Origin: Trichechus inunguis
Lineage: Eukaryota
Direction: 5' to 3'
Length of the DNA stretch: 64,000 nucleotides
Assembly: GCA_046562895.1 (NCBI GenBank)
Contig: CM102154.1
Span: 28,077,733-28,141,732, forward strand
The notes under the pieces are model-generated. The model was not told the DNA's origin. It searched no databases and worked only from the letters and a program-made list of their open reading frames with translations. A program made the position numbers and the translations under genes. Shown here one piece after another: positions 1 through 13,487 of the stretch; the stretch's first letter is position 1; each line of letters begins with the position of its first letter.

Positions 1-3000
1 TCCCAGAAAAAAATAACCCTGACCCTGACGGCTTCACTGAAGAATTCTGCCAAACTTTCAGAGAAGAGTTAACATCACTACTACTAAAGGTATTTCAGAA
101 AATATAAAAATATGGAATACTCCCAAACTCATTCTATGAAGCCAGCATAACCCTGACACCAAAACCAGGTAAAGAAACCACAAAAAAAGAAAATTACAGA
201 CCAACAGCCCTCATGAACATAGACACAAAAATCCTCAGCAAAATTCTAGCCAATAGAATTCAGTAACATACCAAAAAATAGTTCACCATAACCAAGTGGG
301 ATTTACACCAGGTATGCAGGGATGGCTCAACATTAGAAAAACAATCGATGAAATCCATTACACAAACAAAACAAAAGAACTACATGATCTTATCAACTGA
401 TACAGAAAAGGCATTTGACGAAGTCCAACACCCATTCATGATAAAAAGTCTCAGCAAAACAGGAATAGAAGGGAAATTCTTCAATATAATTAAGGGCATT
501 TATACAAAGCCAACAGCCAACATCATTCTAAATGGAAAGAGTTTGAAAGCATTCCCCTTGAGAACAAGAATCATACAAGGATGCCCTTTATCATCACTCT
601 TATTCAACATTGTGCTGGAGGTCCTAGCCAGAACAATTAGGCTAGAAAAAGAAATAAACGGCATCCAAATTGGTAAGAAAGAAGTGAAAGTATCTCTATT
701 TGCAGATGACATGATCTTATACACAGAAAACCCCAAAGAATCCACAAGAAAACTACTGCAACTAATAGAAGATTTCAGCAAAGTAGCAGGATACAAGATA
801 AACATACAAAAATCAGTTAGATTCATCTACACCAACAAAGAGAACTTCCAAGAGGACATCACCAAATCAATACCATTTAAAATAGCCCCCCCAAAAATAA
901 AATACTTAGGAACAAATCTAACCAGAGATGTAAAAGACTTATACAATGAAAACTACAAGACACTACTGCAAGAAACCAAAAGAGACCTGCATAAGTGGAC
1001 TCAACATTGTGAAAATGTCAATTCTACCCAAAGCAATCTAGAGATATAATGCAATGCCAATCCAAATTCCAACAACCTTTTTTACTGAGATGGAGAAACA
1101 AATCACCAACTTCATATGGAAAGGGAAGAGGCCTCAGATAATTAAAGCATTACTGAAGAAGAAGAACAAAGCAGAAGGCCTCACACTTCCTGATTTTAGA
1201 ACCTATTATACCGCCACAGTAGTCAAAACAGCCTGGTATTGGTACAACAGATACATAGATCAATGGGACAGAATTGAGAATCCAGACATAAATTCATGCA
1301 CCTATGAGAAGCTGATATTTGAAAAAGGCCCAAAGTCCTTTAATTGGGGAAAAGACCGTCTCTTTAACAAATGGTGCCAGCATAACTGGATATCCATCTG
1401 CAAAAAATAAAACAAGACCCATACCCCACACCATGCATAAAAACTAACTCAGAATGGAACAAAGACCTAAATATAAAAACTAAAACAATAAAGATCATGG
1501 AAGAAAAAATAGGGACAACGCAAAGAGCCCTAATACATGGCATGAACAGAATACAAAACATTACTAACAACGCACAAACACCAGAAGAGAAACTAGATAA
1601 CTGGGAGCTCCTAAAAATCAAACACTTATGCTCATCAAAAGACTTCACCAAAAGAGTAAAAAGACAACCTACAGACTGGGAAAAGATTTTTGGCTATGAC
1701 ATATCAGATCAGGGTCTAATCTCTAAAATCTACAAGATACTGCAAAACCTCAACAACAAAAAGACAAATAACCCACTTAAAAAATGGGCAAAGGATATGA
1801 ACAGGCACTTCACAAAAGAAGACATGCAGGCAGCTAACAGATATGTGAGGAAATGCTCATGATCATTAGCCATTAGAGAAATGCAAATCAAAACTACAAT
1901 GAGATACCATCTCACCCCAACAAGGCTAGCATTAATCCAAAAAACACAAATTAATAAATGCTGGAGAGGTTGTGGAGAGACTGGAACACTTATACACTAC
2001 TGGTGGGAATGTAAATTGGTACAACCACTTTGGAAATCGACTTGGCGCTTCCTCAAAAGGCTAGAAATAGAAGTACCATACGATGTAGCAATCCCGCTCC
2101 TTGGAATATATCCTTGAGAAATAAGAGCCATCACATGAACACATACATGCACACCCATGTTCACTGCAGCACTGCTCACAATAGCAAAAAGATGGAAACA
2201 ACCTAGGTGCCCATCAATGGACAAATGGATAACAAATTATGGTTTATTCAAACAATGCAATACTATGCAACGATAAAGAACAATGATGAATTTGTGAAAC
2301 ATCTCATAACATGGAGGAATCTGGAAGGCATTATGCTGAGTGAAATGAGTCAGTCACAGAAGGACAAATATTGTATGCATTCTATTATAAGAACTCAAGA
2401 AAAAGTTTAAACACAGAAGAAAACATTCTTTGATGGTTACGAGGGTGGGGAGGGAGGAAGGGGGTACTAACTAGATACTAGACGAGAATTATCTTAGGTG
2501 AAAGGAAGGACAACATACACTACAGGGGAAGTCAGCACAACTGGACTAAACCAAAAGCTAAGAAATTTCTTGAATACAACCAAACACTTCGAGGGACAGA
2601 GTAGCAGGGGTGGGGGTCTGGTGACTATGGTTTCAGAGGACATCTAGGTCAATTGGCATAACAAAGTTTATTAAGAAAATATTCTGCATCTCACTTTGGT
2701 GAGTGGCATCTGGGGTCTTAAAAGGTAGCAAGCGGTCATCTAAGATGCATCAATGGTCCCTGCCTACCTCGAGCAAAGCAGAATGAAGAACACCAAAGAC
2801 CTAAGGAAAATATTAGCCCAAGAGACAGAAAGTCCACATAAACCAGAAATTTCATCAGCCTTAGACCAGAAAAACTAGATGGTGCCCAGCTACCACCAAT
2901 GACCGCCCTGACAGGGAACACAACAGAGAGTCCCTGACGGAGCAGGAGAAAAGTGTGGTGCGTAACTCAAATTCACATAAAAAGACCAGACTTAATGGTT

Positions 3001-3400
3001 TGACTAAGACTGGAGGAACCCCAGAAGACATGGCCCCCAGACTGTTAACCCAGAACTAAAACCATTCCCAAAGCCAACTCTTCAGACAAAGATTAGTCTG
3101 GACTATCAGATATAAAATGATACTTGTGAGGAGTATGCCTCTTAGTTCCAGCAGATACATGAGACTAAATGGGCAGCTCCTGTCCAGAGACAAGATGAGA
3201 AAACAGAAAGGGACAGGAGCTGGTTGAATGGATACGGAAAATCTGGGGTGGAAAGGACGAGTGTGCTATCACAGTACAGAGAGAGCAACTAGGGTCACAT
3301 AACAATGTGTGTATAAATTTTTGTTACGAGAAACAAACGAGCTGTAAACTTTCACTTAAAGCACAGTTTAAATAAATAAGTAAATACGTAAAGTATAAAA
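1..3400 (+). mobile_element. L1 (LINE-1) copy A. 5'-truncated at the window edge. Holds the ORF2 reverse-transcriptase and C-terminal part plus the 3'UTR with an A-rich tail. Degenerate, with multiple stops and frameshifts
   Basis: ORFs 348-1049, 1054-1410, 1497-1862, 1881-2117 and 2207-2410 translate to L1 ORF2 motifs ([58 protein letters not shown]). The 3'UTR ending '..gtaaactttcacttaaagcac..aaataaataag' matches the other L1 3' ends in the window. Confidence 0.9.
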
Positions 3401-3869
3401 ATTTTGTAAATGGTATTTTTAAGTCATTTCCTCTGCTAGACTATAAGAACGCTTCACCTTTTTGTTTCTTTTTTTTACTCCCTACAACACATGGCACATA
3501 TAATAGATGCTCAGTATTTGTTGAATGACACCTGAGACAATCTCACTAACTAGACCTTATATCTTAACTCAAAGCTCTCCAGCTGCCTAAACATATCCAA
3601 GCAGGACTGAGAACTTCTCCACTTCAACTTTCAAGATCGTGCAAATACAAAGGGGCAGAAGAATTTCAAGGTCGCTATGAGTTGGAATTGACTCAACAGC
3701 AATGGCTTTGTATCTTAAATAAAAAGTGTAGCTTGTCAAATTTCATCTCCAGATAAAGGAATCCACAAAGCACCAGGCTCAGGTAGAAAACTGGCCATGC
3801 AAGAATCTGTAAAGGCCTCTAATCAAGACTATTAGACATCGCCTATACAATACTAGAGGTAATGTGCTC

Positions 3870-4030
3870 AGCAGCTAACAAAGAGGTTAGTGGTACAAGT
3901 ACACCCACAGGTGGCTTGGAAGAAAGACCTGACGATCTACTTTTAAAAACTCAGTCACTGAAAATCTTATGGAACAGAATTCTACTCAGACATGCATGGG
4001 GTCGATATGAGTCAGAATCAACAGGACAGG
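3870..4030 (+). mobile_element. Divergent AfroSINE-like copy lying directly 5' of L1 B. A second tail fragment lies at 3655-3715
   Basis: '..aaagacctgacgatctac..cttatggaacagaattctactcag..ggggtcgatatgagtcagaatcaac' parallels the AfroSINE core '..gatctgcttccgtaaagattacagcc..ctatggggcagttctactctgtcctatagggtcgctatgagtcggaatcgac'. Confidence 0.5.
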
Positions 4031-4482
4031 AGGCGGGCCAAGATGGCAGAATAGCCAGGCGCCCTGTGTCGTCCCTCAAAGAGCTGAAAAAACAAGTGAA
4101 TTGAACATAGATGACAACCCTAAGCATCAAAGACGAAGCTGAAGAATCAGACTGCGCAACAGGTGGAAGGAAAGACAATTCAAAACAACGGAAATGGAAA
4201 ATTATGGATCGCCAGCATACTGTTAGCCGAACTTGCACAGTGTGGGCATACTGAGGCAAGCAGCAGCATCCCAAGCCGAAACCCATCCCGCCTGGTGCAG
4301 CTAAGCAGCAGCAACTCTGCACACATCTTCAGAGTCAAACAGGAGTGATACCAGACCTGCAAAAGTGCGTGCACCCAACCCACCATGAAAACCCCAGCAC
4401 CCCCCTCTGCCAAAGCTCCATGGGCCAAGGAGCACTCCTTCCCTCTCACCCATCTCCCTCCCCACTTTGACACCAGTCCAGT

Positions 4483-5455
4483 GGCATTCAACACTGCCAC
4501 ACCCCGTACGCCAGAACTCACCCCAGTCTGGAGGCATCCACCCCTTCACCCAGCCACTGGCACATGGGGTCCCTAAGCTTGCAGTGCCCTCCACCCCCTC
4601 CAATCACCAGCATCAGCACTTTGCTGGCCGAGCCAGAACAGCACATCTACATTGGGATAAGGCATGCAGACGTCCCAGCTGAAGAGCATTTTCACCTGCA
4701 GCAGGCAAGTGGGAGCCGCAGATCTGTGGCATTCAACACCACACCGCCCCCTATGTCAGTAGGTGTGGCCTGGTCCAAGGCGCCTGCCCCTTTGCCCACC
4801 CACTGGCGCAGGGGGTCCACGGACTTACAGCACCCTCCACCCCCTCTGATGACCCACACTAGCGCCTGGCTGGCCAAGCCGGTACAGCACATCCACACTG
4901 GGACAAGGTGGGAAGTGTTCCCAGCTAAAGCCCACTCAGAGCAGGCAAGAGGTAGCTTCAGACCTGTGACATTCAACACTGCCCTGCCGCCTAAGCCAGT
5001 AGATGTCTGCCTGGTCAGAGGCACCCGCCCCTTCACCTAAGCACTGGCAGAGGGGGTCCACGGACTTACAGAGCCCTCCATCCCCTGTGAACGGCCGCAC
5101 CAGCACCTTGCTGGTCAAACCAGTACAGCACGTCCACATTGGGACAGGGCAGGCAGTCTTCCCAGCTAAAGCCCACTTCACGTGCAACAGTCAAGCGGGA
5201 GCTGCAAACCTGTGACATTTTATACCACCCCGCCCCCTAAGCCAGTAGCTCTCAGCTCAGTTCAAGGCACTGGCCTCTTTGCAGAGCCACTGGCACAGAG
5301 GGTCCACAGAGTTGAAGTACCTTCCACCCCCTCCAATCACTCACATCAGCGCCTTGCTGGTCAAGCCACCACAGCACAGCCATATTGACAAGGTTGGCAG
5401 GGTTCCCAGCTGAAGACTACCTCAACTGCAGCAGCCCAACAGGAGCTGCAGACCT
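4483..5455 (+). repeat. Tandem array of four monomers of about 243 bp (starts 4483, 4726, 4966, 5213), plus partial units at 4385-4482 and 5456-5500, inside the L1 B 5'UTR
   Basis: Each unit begins 'tg[ga]cattcaaca..' and contains '..cactggc[ag]ca..gggtccac[ga]gacttacag..ccctccacccc..cagcac..ccaca[ct]tgggaca..cagctgaag..gcagcaggcaag..gagc[ct]gcaga[tc]ctg'. Periods are 243/240/247/243 bp. The proline-rich ORFs 4385-5388 on both strands are periodic artefacts of this array. Confidence 0.85.
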
Positions 5456-8400
5456 GTGAAATTGACCACGACTCCGCCTCCTAAGAAGGGAGCTCGACCA
5501 CCGATGCCTGGGACCTGAGGGCCAGAGGTACCGCCCACTCCATCCAGCCATCAACAACAGGGGCAGGAGGATTAGTGGTACCTCCTAATCCCTCCAGCCA
5601 ATGGCACCGGTCACCCAAGGACTGGCTGCACAACCCCCCATGAAATACTCCAGCAGAGAGGCATGACCTCCAACCGGGTGCCCATGGGAAGCCAAAAGCC
5701 CACTGCCTCGCACCCTGTATCGCCCTACACTCCAGCCAGAGACTTGTGCCTGCCTCAAACACCCCCACACAGCCCTGTCCACCCAGGACTGTAGGTGAGT
5801 CTGCACCACAACCCAGTGACCAATAACCTGGGAACCTTCACCCCAACCATCTGGCAAGCAGCAGAACCCAATGACCAGGGAAAACACCCCCTGCACCTAC
5901 AGCCAGGTGACCAGCATGACAGATACATCACCCCACCAAAAATGCCACCTAAATCCTCAGAAGCCTCATAAGAAGAGTGAAAAGGGTCCCATGTTCACAC
6001 ACATAGTAGCTGCTCCACTCCCCCTGAACAGGAGGTGAGAGCTTCAATGTAGCCAGATTTGCAGCCAGAGTGGCACATGTGCCCAGCCTTTTCGTATATA
6101 TAAAAACAAAAAAACAAAAATTCAGGATGCAGTAAACAAACATATAATAAATAAACATAATAACTTCTTGCTGCCTCGGAGACAACAGTCAACATCAAAT
6201 CACATAAAGAAGTAGGACAAGATGGCTCCAGCAAGTAACCAAAACAAAGAACCAGAAAACCTTCCAGAGGAAGATAAGGCAATGAAACTACCTGATAAAG
6301 AATTCAAAACACTGACATATAGAGTTGTCCAAGAGATCTAGAAAGAGATCAGGGAAAACACAGACAAAACCAAGGAAAACACAGACAAAACCAAGGAAAA
6401 CACAGAGGAACAGAAGAATTCAGGAAAACAACAGAACAAAATGACAGAATAAATAGGCTACTAGAAACCATACAAAAACAGCAACTAGAAATTCAAAAGG
6501 TTAACAATAAAATTTCAGAATTAGACAACTCAAAAGAAGGACAAAGAAGCAGAACTGAGACAATGGAAGACAGCATTAATGAGATTGAAGACAAATCTCT
6601 TAACATCAATTTATTTGAGGAAAAAATCACAAAAAAGAATGAAAAAAATTAAGAAAAGCTAAGAATTATTTAGAACATTATCAAGAGGAAAAACCTATGT
6701 GTGACCGGAGTTCAGAACAGGAGGGGATAATAGAAAACAGAGAGAGTACTGTTGACGATTTGCTGGCAGAAAACTTCCCTAATATCATAAAAGACAAGAA
6801 GATATCCATCCGAAAAGCTCAACAAACCTCATACAGGACAGACCCAGAAGAAAGTCACCAAGACATATCCATAATGAAACTTACCAAAACCAAAGACAAA
6901 AAAGAATCCTGAGTGCAGCTAGGGAAAAATGAAAAGTCACCTACAAAGGAGAACCAATAAAACAAAGCTCTGACTACTCAGCAGAAACCATGCAGACAAG
7001 AAGGCAATGGGATGACATATGTAAAGCCCAGAAAAAAAAAAAAAAAACTGAGAGCCAAGAACTATATATCCAGCAAAACTGTCTCTCAAATACCATGGCA
7101 AAATCAGGATACTTCCAGATAAACAGAAATTAAGGGAATATGTAAAAACCAGACCAAAATTACAAAAAATATTAAACAGAGTCCTCCAGTTAGAGAACCA
7201 ACAACATCAGAAAATAATACAAGACTAGGACACAGGACAGATCAACCAGATACCAACCCAGACAGGGAATTCTCAAAAACAAAACAAATCAAAAGACTGA
7301 AAATAGGGAACCAGAGACATTGATATGTAAATGACAGCAACATCAAAATGAAAAAGAGGGAAAGAACGGTGTAGTTACACAACTTCCATATGGAAAACAA
7401 GTCAAGGTGATATTAAGAAATAAAACTTAGGTAAATAAAGGTAAATTTCATGGTAACCACAAAGAAGTTAACAAACCTATACATCAAAATAAAAAAGAAG
7501 ACAAACATAAAGACTCAGTAAACACAAAATCAATAATAATGAGAGAAATGCAAAGAAAATCCACAAACAGAACTCAGCAAAGAAAATTAAGCAGAACACA
7601 GAAACCATGAACACTACAAAAACAACAAAATGACAGCAGTAAACTCATACTTCTTAATAATTATACTGAATATAAATGGCTGAAATGCACCAGTAAAGAG
7701 ATAGAAAGTGGCAGAATGGTTAAAGAAACATGATCCATCTATATGCTGTCTACAAGAGACACACCTTAGACACAAACACATAAACACACTAAAACTCCAA
7801 AGATAAAAAAATACATCAAGTAAACAATAACCAAAAAACAGTAGGTGTGGAAATGTTAATCTCCGATAAAACAGATTTTAAAGCAAAATCCACCACAAAG
7901 GATAAGGAAGGACACCACATAATGATTAAAAGGTCAATATATCACAAAAATATAATCTTAATAAATATATACACACCCAATGACAGGGCTCAAAAATACA
8001 TAAATTCTAACAGCCTTGAAAAGAGAAATAGACAGCTCCACAATAATAGTAGAAGACTTCAACATACCACTTTCAGTGAAGGACAGAACATCTAGAAATA
8101 AAATAAATAAAGATACAGAAGACCTAAATGCCACAATCAACCAACTCGACCTCATATACATATACAAAACATACCATACAACAGCAGCAAAGTATACATT
8201 CTTTTCCAATGCACATGGAACATTATCCAGAATAGACCATATTTTAGGCCACAAAGCAAGCCTCAACAAAACCCAAAGCATCAAAATAATACAAAGCATC
8301 TTTTCTGATCATAATGCCATAAAAGTAGAAATTAATAATAGAAACAGCAAGGGAAAAAAATCAAATACATGGAAATTAAATAACACTTTGCTTAAAAACA

Positions 8401-9742
8401 ACTGGGTAACAGAAGAAATCAAGGATGGAATAAAAAAATTCATAGAATCTAATGTGAATGAAAATACATATTACCAAAACCTTTTGGACACAGCAAAGCA
8501 GTGCTTAGAGATCAATTTATAGCAATAAACATACACATCAAAAAAATAAGAACGGGTCAAAATCAAAACATTACTCTACAACTTGAACAAATACAAAAAG
8601 AGAGCAGCAAAAGAAGCCCAGAGGCACCAGAAGAAAGGAAATAACAAAGAGTAGAGTAGAAATAAATGAAATAGAGAACAGAAAAACAATTGAAAGAATC
8701 AACAAGACCAAAAGTTGGTTCTTTGAAAAGATCAACAGAATCGACAAACCACTGGCCAAACTGACAAAAAAAAAGCAGGAGAGGAAGCAAATAACCCAAA
8801 TACAAAATGAGATGGGTGATATCATAACAGACCCAACTGAAATTAAAAAGATCACAACAGAATACTATGAAACATTGTACTCCAACAAATTTGAGAACCT
8901 AGAAGAAACAAATTTCTAGAAACGAACTACCTACCTAAACTAACAGAAACTGAGGTAGACAAACTAAACAGACCCATAACGAAAGATGAGATTGAAGAGT
9001 TAACAAAAAAACTCCCAACAAAAAGAGCCCTGGCCCAGACGGCTTCACTGGAGAATTCTACCGAACTTACAGAGAAGCGCTCACACCAGTACTACTCAAA
9101 ATATTTCAGAGCACAGAAAAGGAAGAAATGCTCCCAAATTCATTCTGTGAAGCCACCATAACCCTGATACCAAAGCTAGGCAAAGAAATGCACACACAAG
9201 AAAGAAAACTACACACCATGAATACAGACACAAAAATTCTCAGCAAAATTCTAGCCGACAGACTTCAACAGCATATCAAAAAAATAATACAACATGACCA
9301 AGTGGGATTCCTACCAGGTATGCAAGGATGAAAATAAATCAACATAATCCACCACATAAATAAAACAAAAGAATCACATGATCATCTCAATCGACACAGA
9401 AAGGGCATGGGATAAAGTCAAACACCCATTCCTTTTAAAAACTCTCAGCAAAATAGGAATAGAAAGGAAATTCCTCAACATAATAAAGGGCATTCATACA
9501 AAACCAACAGCTAACATCATTCTCAACAGAGAGAGACTGAAATTATTCGTCTTGAGAACAGGAATCAGACAAGGATGCCCTTTATCACCCACTTATTCAA
9601 CATCATGTTAGAAGTCCTAGTAAGAGCAACAAGGCAAGAAAAAGAAATAAAGGGCATCCAAATTGGTAGGGAATAGGTAAAACCATCACTCTTCACAAAT
9701 GATATGATCCTATACATAGAAAATCCCAAAGAATCCACAAGA

Positions 9743-10300
9743 GGGGTAACAGACCAAACTACCACAACCTCCACCAGACTGAGCCCTGAACAACTACATG
9801 GTGCCTGGTTACCACCGCCGACTGCTCTGGCAGGGAACGAACACAATAGAGAGTTTCGGACAGAGCTTAAGAAAAATGTAGAACAAAATTCAAATTCACA
9901 AAAAAGACCAGGCCTGCTGATCTGACAGAGACTGGAGAAACCCCAAGAGCATGGTCCCCGGATAACCTTTTAACTCAGTACTGAAATCACTCCTGAAGTT
10001 CACCCTTTACTCAAAGATTAGACAGGTCTAAAGGGCCAACAGTAACATACATGAGGGTTGTGCTTCATAGTTCAATCATGGATACGAGACTAATGGGCAA
10101 ACTAGCCCAAAAGCGAAGGCAAGAAGCGACAGGAAACTGGACGAATGGAAACAGGGAACCTGGGGTAGAGAAGGGGAGAATGTTGACACATTGCGGGGTC
10201 GGCAACCAATGTCACAAAACAATTGTGTATTAACTGTTAAATGAGAAACTAATTTGCTCTGTAAAGTTTCACCTAAATCACTCTAAAAAAAAATAAAAAA
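9743..10300 (+). mobile_element. Nested 5'-truncated L1 3'UTR fragment (about 560 bp, ending in poly(A)) inserted into the RT domain of L1 B ORF2. Flanked by a 15-bp target-site duplication 'aaagaatccacaaga' (9728-9742 and 10299-10313)
   Basis: The ORF2 sequence ..[11 protein letters not shown] | [16 protein letters not shown].. is continuous once the insert is removed. The insert matches L1 3'UTR blocks ('..ccagctaccaccaatgacc..', '..gttgacacattgcggggtcggcaaccaatgtcacaaaacaat..gtaaagtttcacctaaatcactctaaaaaaaaataaaaaaag'). Confidence 0.85.
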
Positions 10301-13100
10301 AGAATCCACAAGAAAGCTACTGCAACTAATAGAAGATGTCAGCAAAGTAGCAGGATACAACCTTAACATATAAAAATCAGTTGGATTTCTCTACACCAAC
10401 AAAGAACTTCGAAAAGGAAATCAGCAAATTAATATCATTTACAGCAGCCCCCCAAAAGACAAAATACTTACGGATAAATCTAACCAGGGACGTAAAAGAC
10501 CTATACAAAGGTAACTACAAAACACTGCTGCAAGAAACCAAGAGACCTACATAAATGGAAAAACATACCATGCTCATGGATAGGAAGACTCAACATCGTG
10601 AAAATGTCAATACTACCCAAACAATCTACAGATACAATGCAATCCTGATCCAAATGCCACCAGTATTCTTTAACAAGATGGAGAAATAAATCATCAACTT
10701 TATATGGAAATTGAAGACGCCCCAGATAAGTAAAGCATTACTGAAGAAGAACAAATTGGGAAGCCTCACACTGCTTGTTTTAGAACCTATTATACAGCCA
10801 CAGTAGTCAAAATAGCCTGGTACTGGTACAACAACAGACACACAGACCAATGGAACAGAACTGAGAACCCAGATGTAAATCCATCCATGAGCAGCTGATA
10901 TTTGACAAAGGGTGAAAGTCTGTTCGGAAAAGACAGTCTCTTTAACAAATGTTGCTGACATAACTAGATATCCATCTGTAAAAAAATGAAACAATATCCA
11001 CACTTCACACCATACACAAAAACTAACTCAAAATGTTATCAGAGCCCTAAATATAAAACCTAAAACCAAAAAGATCATGTAGGAAAATATAGGGACAGTG
11101 CTAGGGACCCTGAGACATGGCATAAATACAATACAAACCATAACTAACAATCCACAAACACCAGAAGAGAAATTAGATAACTGGGATGTCCTAAAAATTA
11201 GACACTTATGCTTATCAAAAGACTTCATCAAAAGAGTAAAAGGAGAACCTATAGACTGGAGAAAAAAATTTTGGCTACAACATATCGGATAAGGGTCTAA
11301 TCTCTAAAATCTACAAAATACTTCAACATCTCAACAACAAAAAGACAAATAATGTCTCCAGACATTCGGGCAGCTAACAAACACATGAGGAAATGCTCAC
11401 AATCATTAGCCATTAGAGCAATGCAAATCAAAACTACAATGAGATACCATCTCTCCCCAACAATACTGGCACTAATCAAAAAAAAAAAAAACAAACTTTA
11501 GAGAGGTTGCAGGGAGATTGGAACTCTTATGCACTACTACCGCGAATGTAAAATGGTACAACCACTATGGAAAACAATATGGCACCTCCTTAAAAAGCTA
11601 GAAATAGAAATACCATACAATCCAGCAATCCCACTCCTAGTAATATATCCTAGAGAAATAAGAGGTATCATATGAATAGATGTATGTACATCTATGTTCG
11701 TTGCAGAATTATTCACAATAGCAAAAAGATGGAAACAACCTAAATGTCCATCAACAGATGAATGGATAATCAAATTATGGTACATACACACAATGGAATA
11801 CTACGCAACGATAAAAAACAATAATGAATCCGCGAAACATCTCACAACATGGATGAATCTGGAGGGCATTATGTTGAGTGAAATAAGTCAATCACAAAAG
11901 GAAAATTTTTTATGAGACTACTACTACAAGAACTCAAGAAAAGGTTTACACACAGATGGGTGGGGAGGGCTGGGGAGAGGAAATCACTAACTAGATAGTA
12001 GACAAGTGTCAACTTTGGTGAAGGGAAAGACAATACACAATATAAGGCAAGTCAGCAAGACTTGACGAAGGCAAAGTCATAGAAGTTTCCTAGACACATC
12101 CAAACACCCTGAGGGACTGAGTTACTAGGGCTGAGGGCTGGAGACCACAGTCTCAGGAGACATCTGGGTCAACTGGCATAACAAAGTTCATAAAGAAAAT
12201 GTTCTACATCCTACTTCGTTTGGTGAATAGCATCTGGGATCTTAAAAGCTTGCAAGTAGCCATCTAAGCCACATCTATGGGTCCCATCCCATCCAGAGGA
12301 AAGGAGAATGAACAAAACCAAAGACATGAGGGAAGTATTAGTCCAAAGGACTAAAGGACCACATGAACCAGAGCCTCCACCAGCCTGAGCCCAGAAGAAC
12401 TAGATGTTGCCCAGCTACCACCACCTCCTGCTCTGACAGGGATCACAACAGAGTCCCGGACTGAGTGGGAGAAAAACACGGAATAAAATTCAAATTCACA
12501 AAAAAGACTAGACTTACTTGTCTGACAGAGACTGGAAGAACCCCCAAGACTATGGCCCCCGGACACTCTGCTAACTCAGAACTGAAACCACTCCCAAAAC
12601 CCACTTTTCAAACAAAGATTAGACAGCCCTTTAAAACAAACAATAACACATGTGAAGAACGTGCTTCTTAGTTCAATCAAATATATGAGATCAAATGTGC
12701 AACTCCTGTCCCAAACCAAGACAAGGCAGGAAGGGACAGGAACTGGACAGACACAGGGAATCCGAGTTAGAAATGGGGAGAGTGTTGTCACATTGTGAGG
12801 ACTGCAACCAATGTCACAAAACAATATGTGTATAAATTTTTGAATGAGAAACTAACTTGAGCCATAAACTTTCACCTACTAAGCACAATAAAATTAAAAA
12901 AAAAAAAAAAAAAAAGAATCAACTTGACAGCAACTGGTTCAGCTGGTTAGACAATACCTGCTCATGGGACAGCCACAGAAGGGAAGAAGAATTCACTAAT
13001 CTGTGTCCACTAACAATGTCCTCAGCTGTCAGTGAAAGGCCAGGAAGTGCAGGCAATTAGTTCAGAGGGGCATAAAAAAGGAAAGGCAAGAGACACTCAC

Positions 13101-13315
13101 AAGGGGACCTTCTCCTCTGTGGTTAGGCTAAACACCACCTTTCCCAGGACCACAGCACCACTATTCACACCAGGTTGAAGCACACTCAATGGCTTGAGCT
13201 CCAGGGTCACCTTCTGCCCAGAGGCTGACTGATAGCGCCCATCACCACAAGGGCCTAGATGAGCTGGGCGCAAGCTTCCCAGCATGCTCTGCAACTTTTT
13301 GGTCTTTACCTTTCC
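13101..13315 (-). CDS. TTC5: TTC5 coding exon, penultimate in human numbering: [71 protein letters not shown], then a phase-2 donor. Acceptor ttttgcag|GGAAAG, donor CCCTT|gtgagt
   Basis: The translation matches my recall of the human TTC5 C-terminal OB-fold region. Canonical AG/GT splice signals sit at both ends. Confidence 0.8.
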
Positions 13316-13487
13316 CTGCAAAAGAAATAGATAAGGAGCCGGAAATTAAGTCACTGCTTGAGAGTCTAGTCTTTCCCTCCAACCACACACCTCTATCAGA
13401 TCAACACCACATCAGCCTATTTTCTTCTTATTTTACTGACCCTACCCAAAATGAAAGAGCAGGGTCCAGTCCTTTAGACGTCTTTAC

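Larger units (their letters stand above)
4031..12915 (+). mobile_element. Full-length L1 copy B (about 8.9 kb). 5'UTR with a tandem monomer array, ORF1 (about 6222-7226), ORF2 (about 7630-11925, endonuclease then RT), 3'UTR and a long poly(A). Inactive, with many stops, and carries a nested insertion
   Basis: The 5' end 'ggaggcgggccaagatggcagaatagcc' resembles the canonical L1 5' start. ORF1 begins MAPASNQNKEPENL.. with a coiled-coil then an RRM-like part. ORF2 EN motifs are LNINGxNAPVKRxKVAEWLKKHDPSICCLQETH; RT motifs are at 9378-9611. The C-terminus is MLSEISQSQKENF. Poly(A) is at 12886-12915. Confidence 0.9.

Noticed and set aside
4385-5388. Cluster of 60-160 aa ORFs on both strands (e.g. 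4564-5040, 4692-5036, 5003-5215, 5182-5388), proline/histidine-rich and mutually overlapping
   Set aside because: They coincide exactly with the 243-bp tandem monomers of the L1 5'UTR. The periodicity and GC-richness keep frames open. There is no start/stop conservation between units and no resemblance to L1 ORF0 or other proteins.
8563-8855. Antisense ORFs inside L1 bodies (8563-8855, 10626-11003, 57268-57642 minus, 57806-58189 minus, 1364-1651 minus, and others), F/L/S/C-rich
   Set aside because: They are reverse-strand translations of A-rich L1 ORF2 sequence. The complement is T-rich and stop-poor. They recur in every L1 copy at the same positions with different frames broken.
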